From: an uncultured bacterium
Lineage (GTDB): Bacteria > Krumholzibacteriota > Krumholzibacteriia > Krumholzibacteriales > Krumholzibacteriaceae
Length of the DNA stretch: 38,738 bases
Assembly (NCBI GenBank): GCA_965371515.1
Contig: CBDUYR010000024.1
Span: 1 to 38,738 of the forward strand
Direction: 5' to 3'
In this document: one piece after another, positions 18,789 through 28,633 of the stretch
Layout of the letters: every line of letters starts with the position of its first letter
How positions within the stretch are numbered: the stretch's first letter is position 1
The notes under the pieces: generated by a model
Database searches by the model: none
What the model was told of the DNA's origin: nothing
Seen by the model: only the letters and a program-made list of their open reading frames with translations
Program-made: the position numbers and the translations under genes

Positions 18789-19976
18789 TCAGTTATTCTC
18801 GATGAATGTCCACTCGCGGCGGCCGCCCGTGGGATTGAACGATATCAGTGCCTCGCCATTGCTGAAGGATCGTCTGTAAGTCGAGATGCTGTCTGACTTT
18901 CCTTCTTTTGTCAGGCCGGAGAGCGCACTCCCCGCTTCGATATCGATCGCCCATCCGCGGAAGGTGAAATCGTCGGTCAGCTCGGTGTAGAAACAGCCGG
19001 CGAGGAGGCTGGAAAGCATGCAGAACATGTTGTTGTACTCGATAACGTTATTGGTCAGGATGCTCCAGGTCCTGCCCTGGGATTCCGTGAGCCAGCCCGG
19101 AGCCTGGTTCTCGAGGAGTTTCTCGAATCCCGTGCGGTCGGTCACGCTCCAGCACATGTTGGGGAAGAGCTCGTAGAATACTCCGTTGAGATACCCGGCC
19201 AGCTCCGCATCCTCCTGGGGCACCCTTCCGTTGGCGATCTGTATGAAGTCGGGCCCGAGCCTCGACCTGATCGCGGCGGCGTAGTCCTTCTGCCAGCGGA
19301 GAAAGACTGCCCGCTCCTCTTCGTCATCGCCGATCGGTATCCCGTTCCCGTCGAGATCGACATCGCCCTCGACGTTATCGTTGTACGGGCTGATGTACGG
19401 CTCGTACATGAAGTAGTCGTGCATCACTCCGTCGATCGATCCGGGCCAGTCGTCGACGTACGCCTCGAGCATATCGACGATGCCCGTGAGGAGCTCGCCG
19501 TCCGGCTCCCCGTTCCCCTTTATCGGATCGAGGAAGATCATCTTTGGCCAGACGTGAAGTGTGTCGCCCGTCGTCGTCCATGCCCAGTTGTCCTCGACGA
19601 ACTTGTAGAAGTCGAGGGTCCAGGGAAGCGATCTTTCGAGATATGCCGTGTCGGGGTAAAGCTCGGTGACCTGCAGCATAGCCAGATATCCCAGTATCCT
19701 TATATCCGGGTTGAGCTCCCTGAGCCGTGCGATGATTTCGACGGCCTCGGGGGAGAAGCACCGCTCGATCGGAAAGATCAACAGGCCCGCTCTCGCCGCG
19801 TTTTCCGTCGTCGACTCATCCCATTCGAAGAAATCCCTCCAGTGAGTCACTCCCCGCATCGGCCACTGCTGAAGGCTCGTCGGCGATCCCTGGTACTCGA
19901 CCGGGTCCGAGGGCGATCCGGAGCAGGCGAAGAAAATCGCCGCGGTGGAAATGAGGATGATCACGAACGAGCGCAT
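18789..19976 (-). CDS. Lipoprotein, putative TIM-barrel glycoside hydrolase-like (GHL15-like)
   Basis: Lipobox IFFA-C; LRELNPDIRILGY, DGVMHD, IQIANG, LNGVFYE and YRRSFSNG patterns resemble hypothetical glycosyl hydrolase families. Confidence 0.6.
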   Translation of the reverse strand: MRSFVIILISTAAIFFACSGSPSDPVEYQGSPTSLQQWPMRGVTHWRDFFEWDESTTENAARAGLLIFPIERCFSPEAVEIIARLRELNPDIRILGYLAMLQVTELYPDTAYLERSLPWTLDFYKFVEDNWAWTTTGDTLHVWPKMIFLDPIKGNGEPDGELLTGIVDMLEAYVDDWPGSIDGVMHDYFMYEPYISPYNDNVEGDVDLDGNGIPIGDDEEERAVFLRWQKDYAAAIRSRLGPDFIQIANGRVPQEDAELAGYLNGVFYELFPNMCWSVTDRTGFEKLLENQAPGWLTESQGRTWSILTNNVIEYNNMFCMLSSLLAGCFYTELTDDFTFRGWAIDIEAGSALSGLTKEGKSDSISTYRRSFSNGEALISFNPTGGRREWTFIENN

Positions 19977-20169
19977 TATGCGATACCTCTGGAGCTGCCC
20001 CGGCCGGTTCTGCAGATGGTCGGGGGAAGTGCCGAAAACGATCCTCCCCTTTCGGGAGCGATCGGATAATACCGGGAATGTCCTGCTCGGGCCGATTTCG
20101 ATCGGCTGCTGCTGCGTTCGGGAGATGCAACGTCGGTGCCGTAACCGGCCGGCCGGCTGCGATTCCTGT

Positions 20170-20197
20170 TTTACACAAGGCTGGCCCGTTGTAGAAT
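20170..20197 (+). promoter_or_regulatory. Putative sigma70 promoter of mscS
   Basis: TTTACA-N16-TAGAAT, ~75 nt upstream of the start. Confidence 0.45.
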
Positions 20198-20272
20198 CAC
20201 AAGTGGAACGATCCGCGGGGACGCAACTGAGAGAATAATAATGAAGAGGGAATCCTGAAAGGAGAACCGCAA

Positions 20273-21160
20273 ATGGAGGGATTTCTCGATCTCGTATGGA
20301 AATGGCTGATCACCAGCGGTGCCCAGATACTCGCAATCGTGATCATCTCGTTCATCGTCATACGAATCGTGAGGATGATCATAAAAAGATCCAGGAATAC
20401 GATCGTCCTGAAGGCCGAGGGCGATATAGAGAGGGCCAAGAGGACAGAGACCCTCTCCGGGCTGATCGAGAAGACCGTGAGGGCGATCGTATTGATAGCC
20501 GCGGCGCTGATGACCCTGCAGGCCCTCGGGATCAATATAGGGCCCCTGCTCGCCGGCGCTGGGGTCGTCGGGCTCGCCGTCGGCTTCGGGGCGCAGAGCC
20601 TCGTCAAGGACGTGATCAGCGGGTTCTTTATCCTCCTGGAAAACCACATGAACGTCGGCGATGTCGTTGAGATAGCCGGCAAGGCGGGGCTCGTCGAGTC
20701 GATCAATATGAGAGTGACGACGCTGCGGGACATCTCAGGCAACGTGCATATCATACCCAACGGCCAGATTGCGGTCGTGACGAACATGACGAAGGAATAT
20801 TCGAGGGCCGTACTCGAGATCGGTGTTGCGTACAAGGAGAACGTCGATGATGTGATGCAGGTGATGAAGGATGTCGCGGCCGAGCTGGCGAAGGATCCGG
20901 GATTCAGCTACCGCATCCTCGAACCGATGGAGATGCTCGGTCTCGACAGTTTCGGAGACTCCTCGATCAACATCAAGGCGCGGATTACAACCAAACCTCG
21001 CGAGCAGTGGAACGTCGCGAGGGAGTACCGGCGCAGGTTAAAGAACACATTCGACGAGAAAGGGATCGAGATCCCGTTCCCTCACGTAACACTGTACATG
21101 GGCGAGGGGGAGAGCAGGGGTGTGCTGAGAATCCACCACGTGGAAGACGGGAAGGACTGA
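20273..21160 (+). CDS. mscS: Small-conductance mechanosensitive channel (MscS/YbiO-like)
   Basis: LLAGAGVVGLAVGFGAQSLVKDVISGFFILLE, VGDVVEI, IPNGQI, GIEIPFP; AAAGGAG SD. Confidence 0.93.
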   Translation: MEGFLDLVWKWLITSGAQILAIVIISFIVIRIVRMIIKRSRNTIVLKAEGDIERAKRTETLSGLIEKTVRAIVLIAAALMTLQALGINIGPLLAGAGVVGLAVGFGAQSLVKDVISGFFILLENHMNVGDVVEIAGKAGLVESINMRVTTLRDISGNVHIIPNGQIAVVTNMTKEYSRAVLEIGVAYKENVDDVMQVMKDVAAELAKDPGFSYRILEPMEMLGLDSFGDSSINIKARITTKPREQWNVAREYRRRLKNTFDEKGIEIPFPHVTLYMGEGESRGVLRIHHVEDGKD

Positions 21161-21165
21161 ATCCT

Positions 21166-21184
21166 CTTCCGGGGACCCCGGAAG
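21166..21184. terminator. Hairpin between convergent genes
   Basis: CTTCCGGG-GAC-CCCGGAAG perfect inverted repeat between the stops at 21160 and 21196. Confidence 0.5.
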
Positions 21185-21195
21185 CGTCAGCTGCC

Positions 21196-21939
21196 TCATC
21201 CGCCCTTGATGTATTTGATATAGAGCTCGGGCCTCAGCGCCGCGGCGGCGCTCTCCCGCATGTGGGCGTGCAGGAATGCCTCCTCCCCCGAGGTCCTCGG
21301 CCCCAGAAGCACTCCGTGGTTCTTCCACGCCATATTTATCCAGGTCTGGACCCTGATCGGGTCGAGCTCGAACGTGACGACGGTGTCGGCCTTGACCTCT
21401 TTCGAATCGATCAGCTCGAGGACGTCTCCGCCCTCAGCAGCCCATTCGGATACACCGTCCAGGTACTCCCAGGAGACGCCGACGTCGAGGAACCCTTCTA
21501 CCCACGATTCCGGGTATGTCTCGGGGGGGACGGACACCTCCCAGGCGTCGAGCCAGACGGTGCGGTTCGTGTCTTCGGGTGTGACGTTGATCGTCAGTAG
21601 AGCACTGACCACGGTGCCGCAGTCTGTTATCGATGTGAGGTCGAACCTCACGAGAAGCCTCTGCTCGTAGAGCAGGCCGCTGATCTCGACCACACCGAGC
21701 GTATCGACCGGCCTCGTCCCATAGTTGCCGCTTCTTGTCGCGTAGTCCGGCCCGTCCTTGATAACCGCATCGCTTGTTCCGAGATATGTCGGCAGGGGGG
21801 ATACACCGTCCTTGAAGACGACTGTAACGGTATCGGTCTCGTCCGGTCCGGTCGAGCTGCTATCGCATCCGATTGCCGACAGCATGGCGGCAGCCGCTGC
21901 GGCAGACAGTATGATATGGACCCATCTTCTCTTCATCAT
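21196..21939 (-). CDS. DNRLRE/CBM96-like domain lipoprotein
   Basis: Lipobox AIG-C; Y.GTSDAVI, LLVRFDL, VVSALLTI, VQTWI....NHGVLL and RPELYI are typical of DNRLRE-domain proteins. Confidence 0.72.
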   Translation of the reverse strand: MMKRRWVHIILSAAAAAAMLSAIGCDSSSTGPDETDTVTVVFKDGVSPLPTYLGTSDAVIKDGPDYATRSGNYGTRPVDTLGVVEISGLLYEQRLLVRFDLTSITDCGTVVSALLTINVTPEDTNRTVWLDAWEVSVPPETYPESWVEGFLDVGVSWEYLDGVSEWAAEGGDVLELIDSKEVKADTVVTFELDPIRVQTWINMAWKNHGVLLGPRTSGEEAFLHAHMRESAAAALRPELYIKYIKGG

Positions 21940-21970
21940 ATGAATATTAGACGAATTTTACGGTCCGCAA

Positions 21971-23422
21971 TCACTTTTTATCTTTCGGGGCGCGGAAATC
22001 GCCCGCGTCGATACCGTGTTTCTTCAACAGGTCGTGCAGCGTAGGCCGGCTGACGTCGAGCTCGCCCGCCGCAGCGGAGACATTGCCCGACGTGCGAAGA
22101 AGGGCGGCAACCACCATCCTCTTCTCGAGTTTCTCACGCGCTTCCTTCAGTGTCATCTCGCCGGGGATACCGAGGAATGCAGGCTCCCCGGCCGTTTCCT
22201 CATCCGTGTCGCCGTCGAACGGGATGTCGAGGTCCGACGGCTGGATCAGGTTGGCGGCGGCCATTATCACGCCCCGCTTGACCTTGTTGTCGAGTTCCCT
22301 GACGTTTCCCGGCCAGCGGTAGGAGTGGATCGCCTCGATGGCGGCCCTGCTGTAGCCCTTCATGCCGCGCGAGAACTCCAGGCTGTACCGGTGGAGGAAC
22401 CTCGTGGCGAGCAGAAGGATGTCGCCGCCCCTGTCGCGCAGGGGCGGCATCGATATCCTTACCGTGTCGATGCGATAGAACAGATCTTCCCTGAAGGTCT
22501 TCTCTTCGATCATCTCCTCGAGATCCCGGTTGGTCGCCGCTATGACGCGCGCATCGACCTGGATCGGTTCTCCGCCGCCGACCCTCTCGACGATCTGGTC
22601 CTGGAGGAAGCGAAGCAACTTGACCTGGAGGGAGAGTGGGAGCTCGCCTATCTCGTCGAGAAAGAGGGTGCCGCCGTCGGCGGCCTCGAATTTCCCTTTC
22701 TTCGTAGTGTGCGCCCCGGTGAAGCTTCCCTTCTCGTGGCCGAACAGCTCGCTCTCGAGGAGGTTCTCCGGGATGGCGCCGCAGTTGATCGGAACGAACG
22801 GCCCGCCGCTGCAGGCCGACTGGTTGTGAATCGCCCGCGCGATCAACTCCTTGCCCGTGCCGCTCTCGCCGGTTATCAGGACCGAGACCCCGGTCGGTGC
22901 GATACGGCGCAAGGCCTCGAAGATGCCGAGCATCGGCTCGGACATTCCCATGACTCCCTCGAACTCGTGCCCCGGCGCGTATCCTTTCTTCAGCCTGTCG
23001 ATCTCTCCCTCGAGGGAGCTGATGTAGAACGCCCTCCGCAGGATGATTCTCAGTTCCTCGATGTCGACCGGCTTGGCGTAGAAATCCGCCGCCCCCGTCT
23101 CGATCGACTTCAGCGCGTTTTCCATGTCGTCGTGCCCGGTGATCATCACGACCTTGATGCGCGCGTCGATGCTCAGGGCCGTCTCGAGCACCTCGAACCC
23201 TTCGAGCTCGGAGGCGTCGTCGGATAGTGAGAGGTCGAGTATCATCACGGCGGGGGAGTGTTCCCTGACGGCTGATACGGCCTCATCGGCGGACGAGGCG
23301 GTGATGATGTCGTAGTCGCTCTTGAAGGCCCATTTGAGCTGCTTGAGGATAGCCTCTTCGTCGTCTACTATAAGCAGTTTATCCAGTGTCAAATCCCGAC
23401 CGTACCTTTCCCGGACCGTCAT
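21971..23422 (-). CDS. prsR: PEP-CTERM-box sigma54 response regulator PrsR
   Basis: Receiver domain (LLIVDDE..ILKQLKWAF, LDL, FYAKPVD), GESGTGKE, GSFTGA, WPGNVREL, HTH VSRPTLHDLLKKHG; lies downstream of prsK in an exosortase locus. Alternative start TTG 23392. Confidence 0.9.
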   Translation of the reverse strand: MTVRERYGRDLTLDKLLIVDDEEAILKQLKWAFKSDYDIITASSADEAVSAVREHSPAVMILDLSLSDDASELEGFEVLETALSIDARIKVVMITGHDDMENALKSIETGAADFYAKPVDIEELRIILRRAFYISSLEGEIDRLKKGYAPGHEFEGVMGMSEPMLGIFEALRRIAPTGVSVLITGESGTGKELIARAIHNQSACSGGPFVPINCGAIPENLLESELFGHEKGSFTGAHTTKKGKFEAADGGTLFLDEIGELPLSLQVKLLRFLQDQIVERVGGGEPIQVDARVIAATNRDLEEMIEEKTFREDLFYRIDTVRISMPPLRDRGGDILLLATRFLHRYSLEFSRGMKGYSRAAIEAIHSYRWPGNVRELDNKVKRGVIMAAANLIQPSDLDIPFDGDTDEETAGEPAFLGIPGEMTLKEAREKLEKRMVVAALLRTSGNVSAAAGELDVSRPTLHDLLKKHGIDAGDFRAPKDKK

Positions 23423-25515
23423 TCCCCGGCGGGCATCTCTACCTTTACCGTGGCTCCGCCTCCCGGGAGACTGGAGACCGATATAGATCCGCCGTGCGCC
23501 TCAGCTAGAGACTTGCACAGCACGAGCCCCACCCCGAGGCCGTTTTTCTTCGTGCTCATGAACGGCCTGAACAGCCCGTTCTCGAGATATTCCCTGTCGA
23601 ATCCCGGCCCGTCGTCGCTGACAGTGATCGACAGCGTATCCCCGTGGCGTGTGACCCTGACCTCGACGGTTCCTCCGTCCTCGATTGCCTCGACCGCGTT
23701 GAGCAGGAGGTTCTCCACGATCCTCGACAGGGCCGAGGGATCGACGAAAACCAGTACGCTGCTCTCGGACTCGAGCCTGATCTCGACGCCCTTTTTCGAC
23801 GCGAGCTGTTCGAGTGAGGCGATCCTGTCTCCGGCGACGGCCGTCGCGTCGGTCGCCGCCCGCGAGATCGCAGTGGGTGCCTTGTGCGCGTTAAGCGAAT
23901 CTATCAGCCGGCGCATCTTCTGCACAGATCTCTCGAGTGTGTCGATCGCGTCTTTCTGGAATTCTCTGTCGTGGATATTATCCCTGGCGTTTTCGGCAGT
24001 CAAGGAGAGCATGCCGAGCGTGTTCTTGAGGTCGTGGATCACGAAAGAAGCGAACCTGTTGAAAGACTCGAGCTGCTTCGATTCGAGGTACCGCTCCTCC
24101 ATGAGGATGTTCTCGAGGGCGAGTGCGGCCTGGTCGGTGATCGTGGCAAGGAAATCGCGGTCTTCCTCCGACCACGGCCTCCCGAAATCCTTCCGCCCGA
24201 TGGCGATGAATCCCTTCGCCTCTCCCCCGATCGTGAGAAACGAGACCGCCCGGACCCATTCGGGCACATCCGCTCGCGGGGCGTCATCCGCCGGGGAGCG
24301 ACTCCCGCCGATCCCGTGCCGGCGGTGGGCCGGTATCATGACCAGGGGCGAATCCACGTAGAGCTCCATGAGATCGCCCGGCGCGGCGGCGGACTTCTCG
24401 CTGTCGAGCCCGAAATCAGCCACCCTGCCTCCATCGATGCCGGCGTAGATCAGGCCTTTCTTCACCATCATCGTCTCGCATAGAGAACTTATCGTGTTGG
24501 CGAGAAGGTCGTCGGCCGTCGAGCTCGAAGTCATCAGGCGCGCGTAGTGACGCCACTCCCGTCTGTAGTTATAGAGCCCCGGCCTGAAGTTTTCGTTGAT
24601 GAACATACGCAGGTGACGCCTGGCCTTCCCCGATATGAGGATCGCGAGGAGGATAAATACGGCAAAGGCCAACAGGACCATGACGCTGAACTTCTCGTAC
24701 GGCATGCCGATGAGGATCGACGTCCACGTGATCAGCGCGAATGCGAGGAGGTAGAGCCCGGCGATCACAACGGCGACGACCGAGGGAGCTTTCCCCTTCG
24801 CTGGCATCGTCCTGATCTCGAATACGGGATACCTCCAGCCTGTATAGAGGATCGTGATGCAGAAGAAGATAATGCCGAGCGCTCCGGCAGAGATGAAATA
24901 GTCGTCCACTTCCGAGAGCAGCACGAGCCTGCTCATTATTATGAAGTTCATGATCGAGGCCATTATAACGCCGAGCAGAGGATACTTGAGCGTAACCTTC
25001 GCCGGGACGTTCGCCGCCCTGTAGGTGTTTTCGAAGGTATAAAGGAGCAGGACATTTACAGCCAGGGCCAGCAGGGCCAGAGTCTGGCCGATCGCACTGA
25101 CACCGATGCGCCAGAGCCCGCCTCCCTCGGCAAGCTGGAACCGGCTGACGACGATCTCTATCGGGACGAGCAGGGCCGCGGCGGCGAGCAGCGCGCCGAA
25201 GATGATCATGCCGGGAAGCCAGCTGCGCAGCCTCTTTCCGGCATCGTCCCGTCCGAAGAAGGAGAAGAACGGGATGATCAGTGCGGGAGAGAATAATATC
25301 AGGGCGAGGTGGACCTGCAGCCGGCGCATCACCTCTTCGGGCGATTTCGAAGCGAGGGCGAATGTAAGGGCGGCCATCGCGGCGGAGGTGCAGAGGGCCG
25401 ACAGGATAAAGAGCGTCTTCTGCGCGTTTCGTTTTCCCGACGCGATATGGATCACGGCGAGCAGGAGCAGAAGGGCCGACGATGCGCCGGTCAGGATTGT
25501 CGTGAGCGTGATCAT
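23419..25515 (-). CDS. prsK: PEP-CTERM system membrane histidine kinase PrsK
   Basis: ~8 TM helices, YNYRREW, GAF-like region, ESFNRFASFVIHDLKN (H-box), NLLLNAVEA, LFRPFMSTKKNGLGVGL. Confidence 0.9.
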   Translation of the reverse strand: MITLTTILTGASSALLLLLAVIHIASGKRNAQKTLFILSALCTSAAMAALTFALASKSPEEVMRRLQVHLALILFSPALIIPFFSFFGRDDAGKRLRSWLPGMIIFGALLAAAALLVPIEIVVSRFQLAEGGGLWRIGVSAIGQTLALLALAVNVLLLYTFENTYRAANVPAKVTLKYPLLGVIMASIMNFIIMSRLVLLSEVDDYFISAGALGIIFFCITILYTGWRYPVFEIRTMPAKGKAPSVVAVVIAGLYLLAFALITWTSILIGMPYEKFSVMVLLAFAVFILLAILISGKARRHLRMFINENFRPGLYNYRREWRHYARLMTSSSTADDLLANTISSLCETMMVKKGLIYAGIDGGRVADFGLDSEKSAAAPGDLMELYVDSPLVMIPAHRRHGIGGSRSPADDAPRADVPEWVRAVSFLTIGGEAKGFIAIGRKDFGRPWSEEDRDFLATITDQAALALENILMEERYLESKQLESFNRFASFVIHDLKNTLGMLSLTAENARDNIHDREFQKDAIDTLERSVQKMRRLIDSLNAHKAPTAISRAATDATAVAGDRIASLEQLASKKGVEIRLESESSVLVFVDPSALSRIVENLLLNAVEAIEDGGTVEVRVTRHGDTLSITVSDDGPGFDREYLENGLFRPFMSTKKNGLGVGLVLCKSLAEAHGGSISVSSLPGGGATVKVEMPAGE

Positions 25516-27035
25516 CTCGATCCACTGATCCTTTCGAACTGTTTCCGGGCCTCGGCGGCCAGCGGCGTGCCCGGATAATTCTCCGCGCAGCTCTGAAGGA
25601 TCTCAGCGGCCCGCTCCGGGTCGCCGAGTTTGTTCTCGTATATCGATGCGGCCATCAGGCAGTTCTCCTTGAAGCTGTGGTACTGCGGGTACTTGCCCGG
25701 AAGCGCCAGCAGACGCGCGGCTGCCTCTTCCCATCGTTCCTGCTCTACAAGGGTGCGCACGTGGTATTGCTCTGCGACGATTCGGATCGTCTCGGAGTAC
25801 TGGAGGGACGAGAGCCGCTCGTAATGTTCTTCAGCCCTCTCGTAGGCCGTCTCGAGTGCTTCGGTCTCCCCTGTCCCGATGTAGTGGGCGGCGATGCGCA
25901 GCGGCGCTTCCATGCCCTGTATCGTCGTCGGGAAGTTGGTGTAGACCGACTTGTAGTGGAGAGAGGCCTCTATCCAGTTCTCCCTGAGTTCCTCGAGGAT
26001 GGCGAGCTGCCAGGTGGCCTCGACTGTTTCCAGGCCCGCATCGCTGTATTCCTCGAGCACCCTTTTGTAGGCGGCGGCGGCATCGTCGTACTTCTCCTCG
26101 TAGAGAAGGATGTTGCCCTTCATGAGCAGGGCCGTCGGCGCTTCCATCGACCGGGGATGCTCTTTGACGATCCTGTCGAAGACCGAGATGGCGCTCTCGT
26201 GGTTTCCGAATCCGTCGAGCTCGACTCGCGCTTCGAGGTAAAGCAGGCTCGGGATATCGGCCTGATCTCCGTAGATCTTTCTCATCTCCCGGATCGTGTT
26301 TTTTGCCTTCGTCCATTCCTCTCCGAGCAGATAGGTGCTGACGAGGTTGTATCTCGCTTCCTTCCTGAGCTCTTCCGATGCGTTCGAGCGTATGACGTGC
26401 CGGTATGTCATTTCGGCCTCGCCGAGCCATTTCGCGGCACAGCCGTCATCGGCCGTCTCCCTGCAGATCTCCGCGATGCGGATCGGCGTCAGCAGGTAAC
26501 GGCGGTTGAGCCGGGCGGTAGCGATGATCTTCTCCCCGGACAGATACTCTTCGTGAAATTTCGTGAAGAGCTTGAAGGCCTCGGCGGTATCACCGCTCTC
26601 GCGAGAGATGAATGCGGCAGACCAGAGAGCGTTCGCCCTGGCCGCCGGAACGTTGCCCGCGATCTGGTAGGCGTGCAGGAAATCTTTTCTCGCGTCGTCG
26701 AACATCGATGCCCTGAACTCGAGCTCGGCCAGTTCCATCTGCGCCGTTACGACTATGAGGTCGAGCCCCTCGATGCTTCCGGTGTCGCCGGTGTAGTCTT
26801 CGATGATCTTCCTGTAGGCGGCGAGCGTCCTGTCGAGGAATTCTCTGTTGAGTGTGGGGAATGTCAGCTCGCTGGCTTGCCTGCGCGCTTCGAACAGGTC
26901 CTTTTCCGCCTCGTAGGTCGGCGACTTCTCTTTGCTGCCGCATCCCGGGCAGATAATCATGGTAGCTGTCAGTGCCGCTGCGGCCGCCGTTATGAGGATG
27001 GTCCGGAGCGGGTTGCCTGCTGCGGAAGTCTTCAT
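25512..27035 (-). CDS. TPR-repeat lipoprotein (PrsT-position)
   Basis: Lipobox CPG-C; repeated TPR-like units (A...Y..V...YP....A..A). Confidence 0.8.
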   Translation of the reverse strand: MKTSAAGNPLRTILITAAAAALTATMIICPGCGSKEKSPTYEAEKDLFEARRQASELTFPTLNREFLDRTLAAYRKIIEDYTGDTGSIEGLDLIVVTAQMELAELEFRASMFDDARKDFLHAYQIAGNVPAARANALWSAAFISRESGDTAEAFKLFTKFHEEYLSGEKIIATARLNRRYLLTPIRIAEICRETADDGCAAKWLGEAEMTYRHVIRSNASEELRKEARYNLVSTYLLGEEWTKAKNTIREMRKIYGDQADIPSLLYLEARVELDGFGNHESAISVFDRIVKEHPRSMEAPTALLMKGNILLYEEKYDDAAAAYKRVLEEYSDAGLETVEATWQLAILEELRENWIEASLHYKSVYTNFPTTIQGMEAPLRIAAHYIGTGETEALETAYERAEEHYERLSSLQYSETIRIVAEQYHVRTLVEQERWEEAAARLLALPGKYPQYHSFKENCLMAASIYENKLGDPERAAEILQSCAENYPGTPLAAEARKQFERISGSR

Positions 27036-27961
27036 CTTCGCTCCTTCCGGCGATACCCCTCGCCGATATCAAGGTTCGCTCCGGCAGGCCGGGCCACTTT
27101 CCTTGCGAGGAAGATCACCGTCGCCGATGCGGTTATCAGGTATATCGAGACCAGCTCCATGACCCTCGAGGCGACATGATTGTAGATCATGAAATCGGGG
27201 GACAGCCGCAGCGCTATCATCTCGGCCTTGAAGTCGAGCAGGATGGTGGGGACTGTCAACATGAACGGCAATGCGACGATGAGCATTGTCTTCGTGAATG
27301 TCCGCAGCGAAAGCGACATTCCGGAAGCTATCGCTGCGGGGGCGGACGAGCCGTCGATCATGACGTACGGGATGGCGTAGACGAACAGCGACTGGACGAT
27401 CAGGCCCGCGGTGATCCCGCCGCCGAGGAAGACGTACCTTGCCGGTCCTTCCATGTTCGACGAGAGCCAGACGCCGACAAGGACGGCCGCGTAGACGGCA
27501 GCCGAAGATATGATCGAGACGCCCAGCAGATGTGGGTAACGGCGGCCGGCGTTGGAGAATGCCCGCGGGAGCGACGGTTTCCCGCCCCGCATCGCTCCAG
27601 CCACGAGGTATACGGTAGCGCCGTGAAATATGGACTTGAGAAAAACTTCGAGGACCATCTCGATACGTCCCAGTATCGGCTGGAGCAGGAGGAGGTGTGC
27701 CGGGTAGTGGCCGAGTGTCTCGGGAGTGACGCCGCCGATGGGCAGGGCCCAGAGGTGCGCGAGCGGTCCGGAATTACCGGCGAGGTAGGCTGCGAGCAGG
27801 AGCATCTGACAAACGAAACAGATCAGGTAGGGCACCGCGACCCTGGGATCGATCAACAGGGTCAGTGAGGCGTGGAACGCCTGGAAGGCGGAAGAGAGGC
27901 TTCTCGCCAGGCTCCGCCGCTCCGCCGAGTCAGCACTGCCCTTGATTATAACCTTCGACAT
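27032..27961 (-). CDS. Hypothetical polytopic membrane protein (~6 TM) inside the exosortase operon
   Basis: Hydrophobic segments, 4-nt stop/start overlap with the TPR gene, codon style like neighbours. Confidence 0.75.
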   Translation of the reverse strand: MSKVIIKGSADSAERRSLARSLSSAFQAFHASLTLLIDPRVAVPYLICFVCQMLLLAAYLAGNSGPLAHLWALPIGGVTPETLGHYPAHLLLLQPILGRIEMVLEVFLKSIFHGATVYLVAGAMRGGKPSLPRAFSNAGRRYPHLLGVSIISSAAVYAAVLVGVWLSSNMEGPARYVFLGGGITAGLIVQSLFVYAIPYVMIDGSSAPAAIASGMSLSLRTFTKTMLIVALPFMLTVPTILLDFKAEMIALRLSPDFMIYNHVASRVMELVSIYLITASATVIFLARKVARPAGANLDIGEGYRRKERR

Positions 27962-27967
27962 GTCGTA

Positions 27968-28633
27968 TCAGCTCCCGTCATCATTTTTCCGGGGCGTGAG
28001 CGCCTCGAGGACGTGCGGCGAAACATCTTCGATGAATTCAATGAGACCTGCCATGACGGCCTCGTCCCCTCCCGGTGGAACCAGGGTGGAAAATCTTATG
28101 AACGATGCGGCCTGCGGCCGGGCAAGCAGGGCGCTCGTCAGCTGATGCCATTTCAGCGCGAACTCGTTCGGGATCGTCCTGCCCCGCATGCTGAACCAGT
28201 ATACGATGAGCTGCCTGTTGCCGCCGTCGGATATGATCAGCCGCCGGGCCGGTGAGATCGCCCCTCCGATATCGAGGTCGATCGATCCCTCGGAGATTAT
28301 ATCCCAGCCCGCGCCGGGGTAACAATGTTTCGGTGAGTGGATCTGCGAATTCTCCTGCTGTTCGGCAAAGTACCCTATGAACAGGTCGATCACGCCGCCG
28401 GCAGGGTTGACGTACGAGCGAGCGAGCGTCAGGTCGGCGCCCAGAACTTCCAGCTCCCCGGGAGAGATATACTCGTCCCTGGCCGTGAATCCGGCGAGGG
28501 CGCTCGGAATGCCTTCCAGGTCGGGCGGCTGCGGCTGCGGCACGGTCCTCAACCTCAGCGACCAGGTGTATGCGCAGAGCACGGCCAGTATGATTACGAC
28601 CGCGGTGATCTTTTTCGTCGATACTGAGTCCAT
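27968..28633 (-). CDS. epsI: Exosortase-associated EpsI-family protein
   Basis: N-terminal TM, LEVLGAD...RSY, LFIGYF, IHSPKHCYPGAGW, IVYWF, SFIRFS. Start ATG 28633 overlaps the exosortase 3' end. Confidence 0.9.
   Translation of the reverse strand: MDSVSTKKITAVVIILAVLCAYTWSLRLRTVPQPQPPDLEGIPSALAGFTARDEYISPGELEVLGADLTLARSYVNPAGGVIDLFIGYFAEQQENSQIHSPKHCYPGAGWDIISEGSIDLDIGGAISPARRLIISDGGNRQLIVYWFSMRGRTIPNEFALKWHQLTSALLARPQAASFIRFSTLVPPGGDEAVMAGLIEFIEDVSPHVLEALTPRKNDDGS

Noticed and set aside
8282..27179. Long antisense ORFs (8282-9766, 11570-12769, 22016-23227, 25677-27179 and similar)
   Set aside because: Each lies opposite a well-supported gene and shows V/D/L/R-rich shadow-frame composition.
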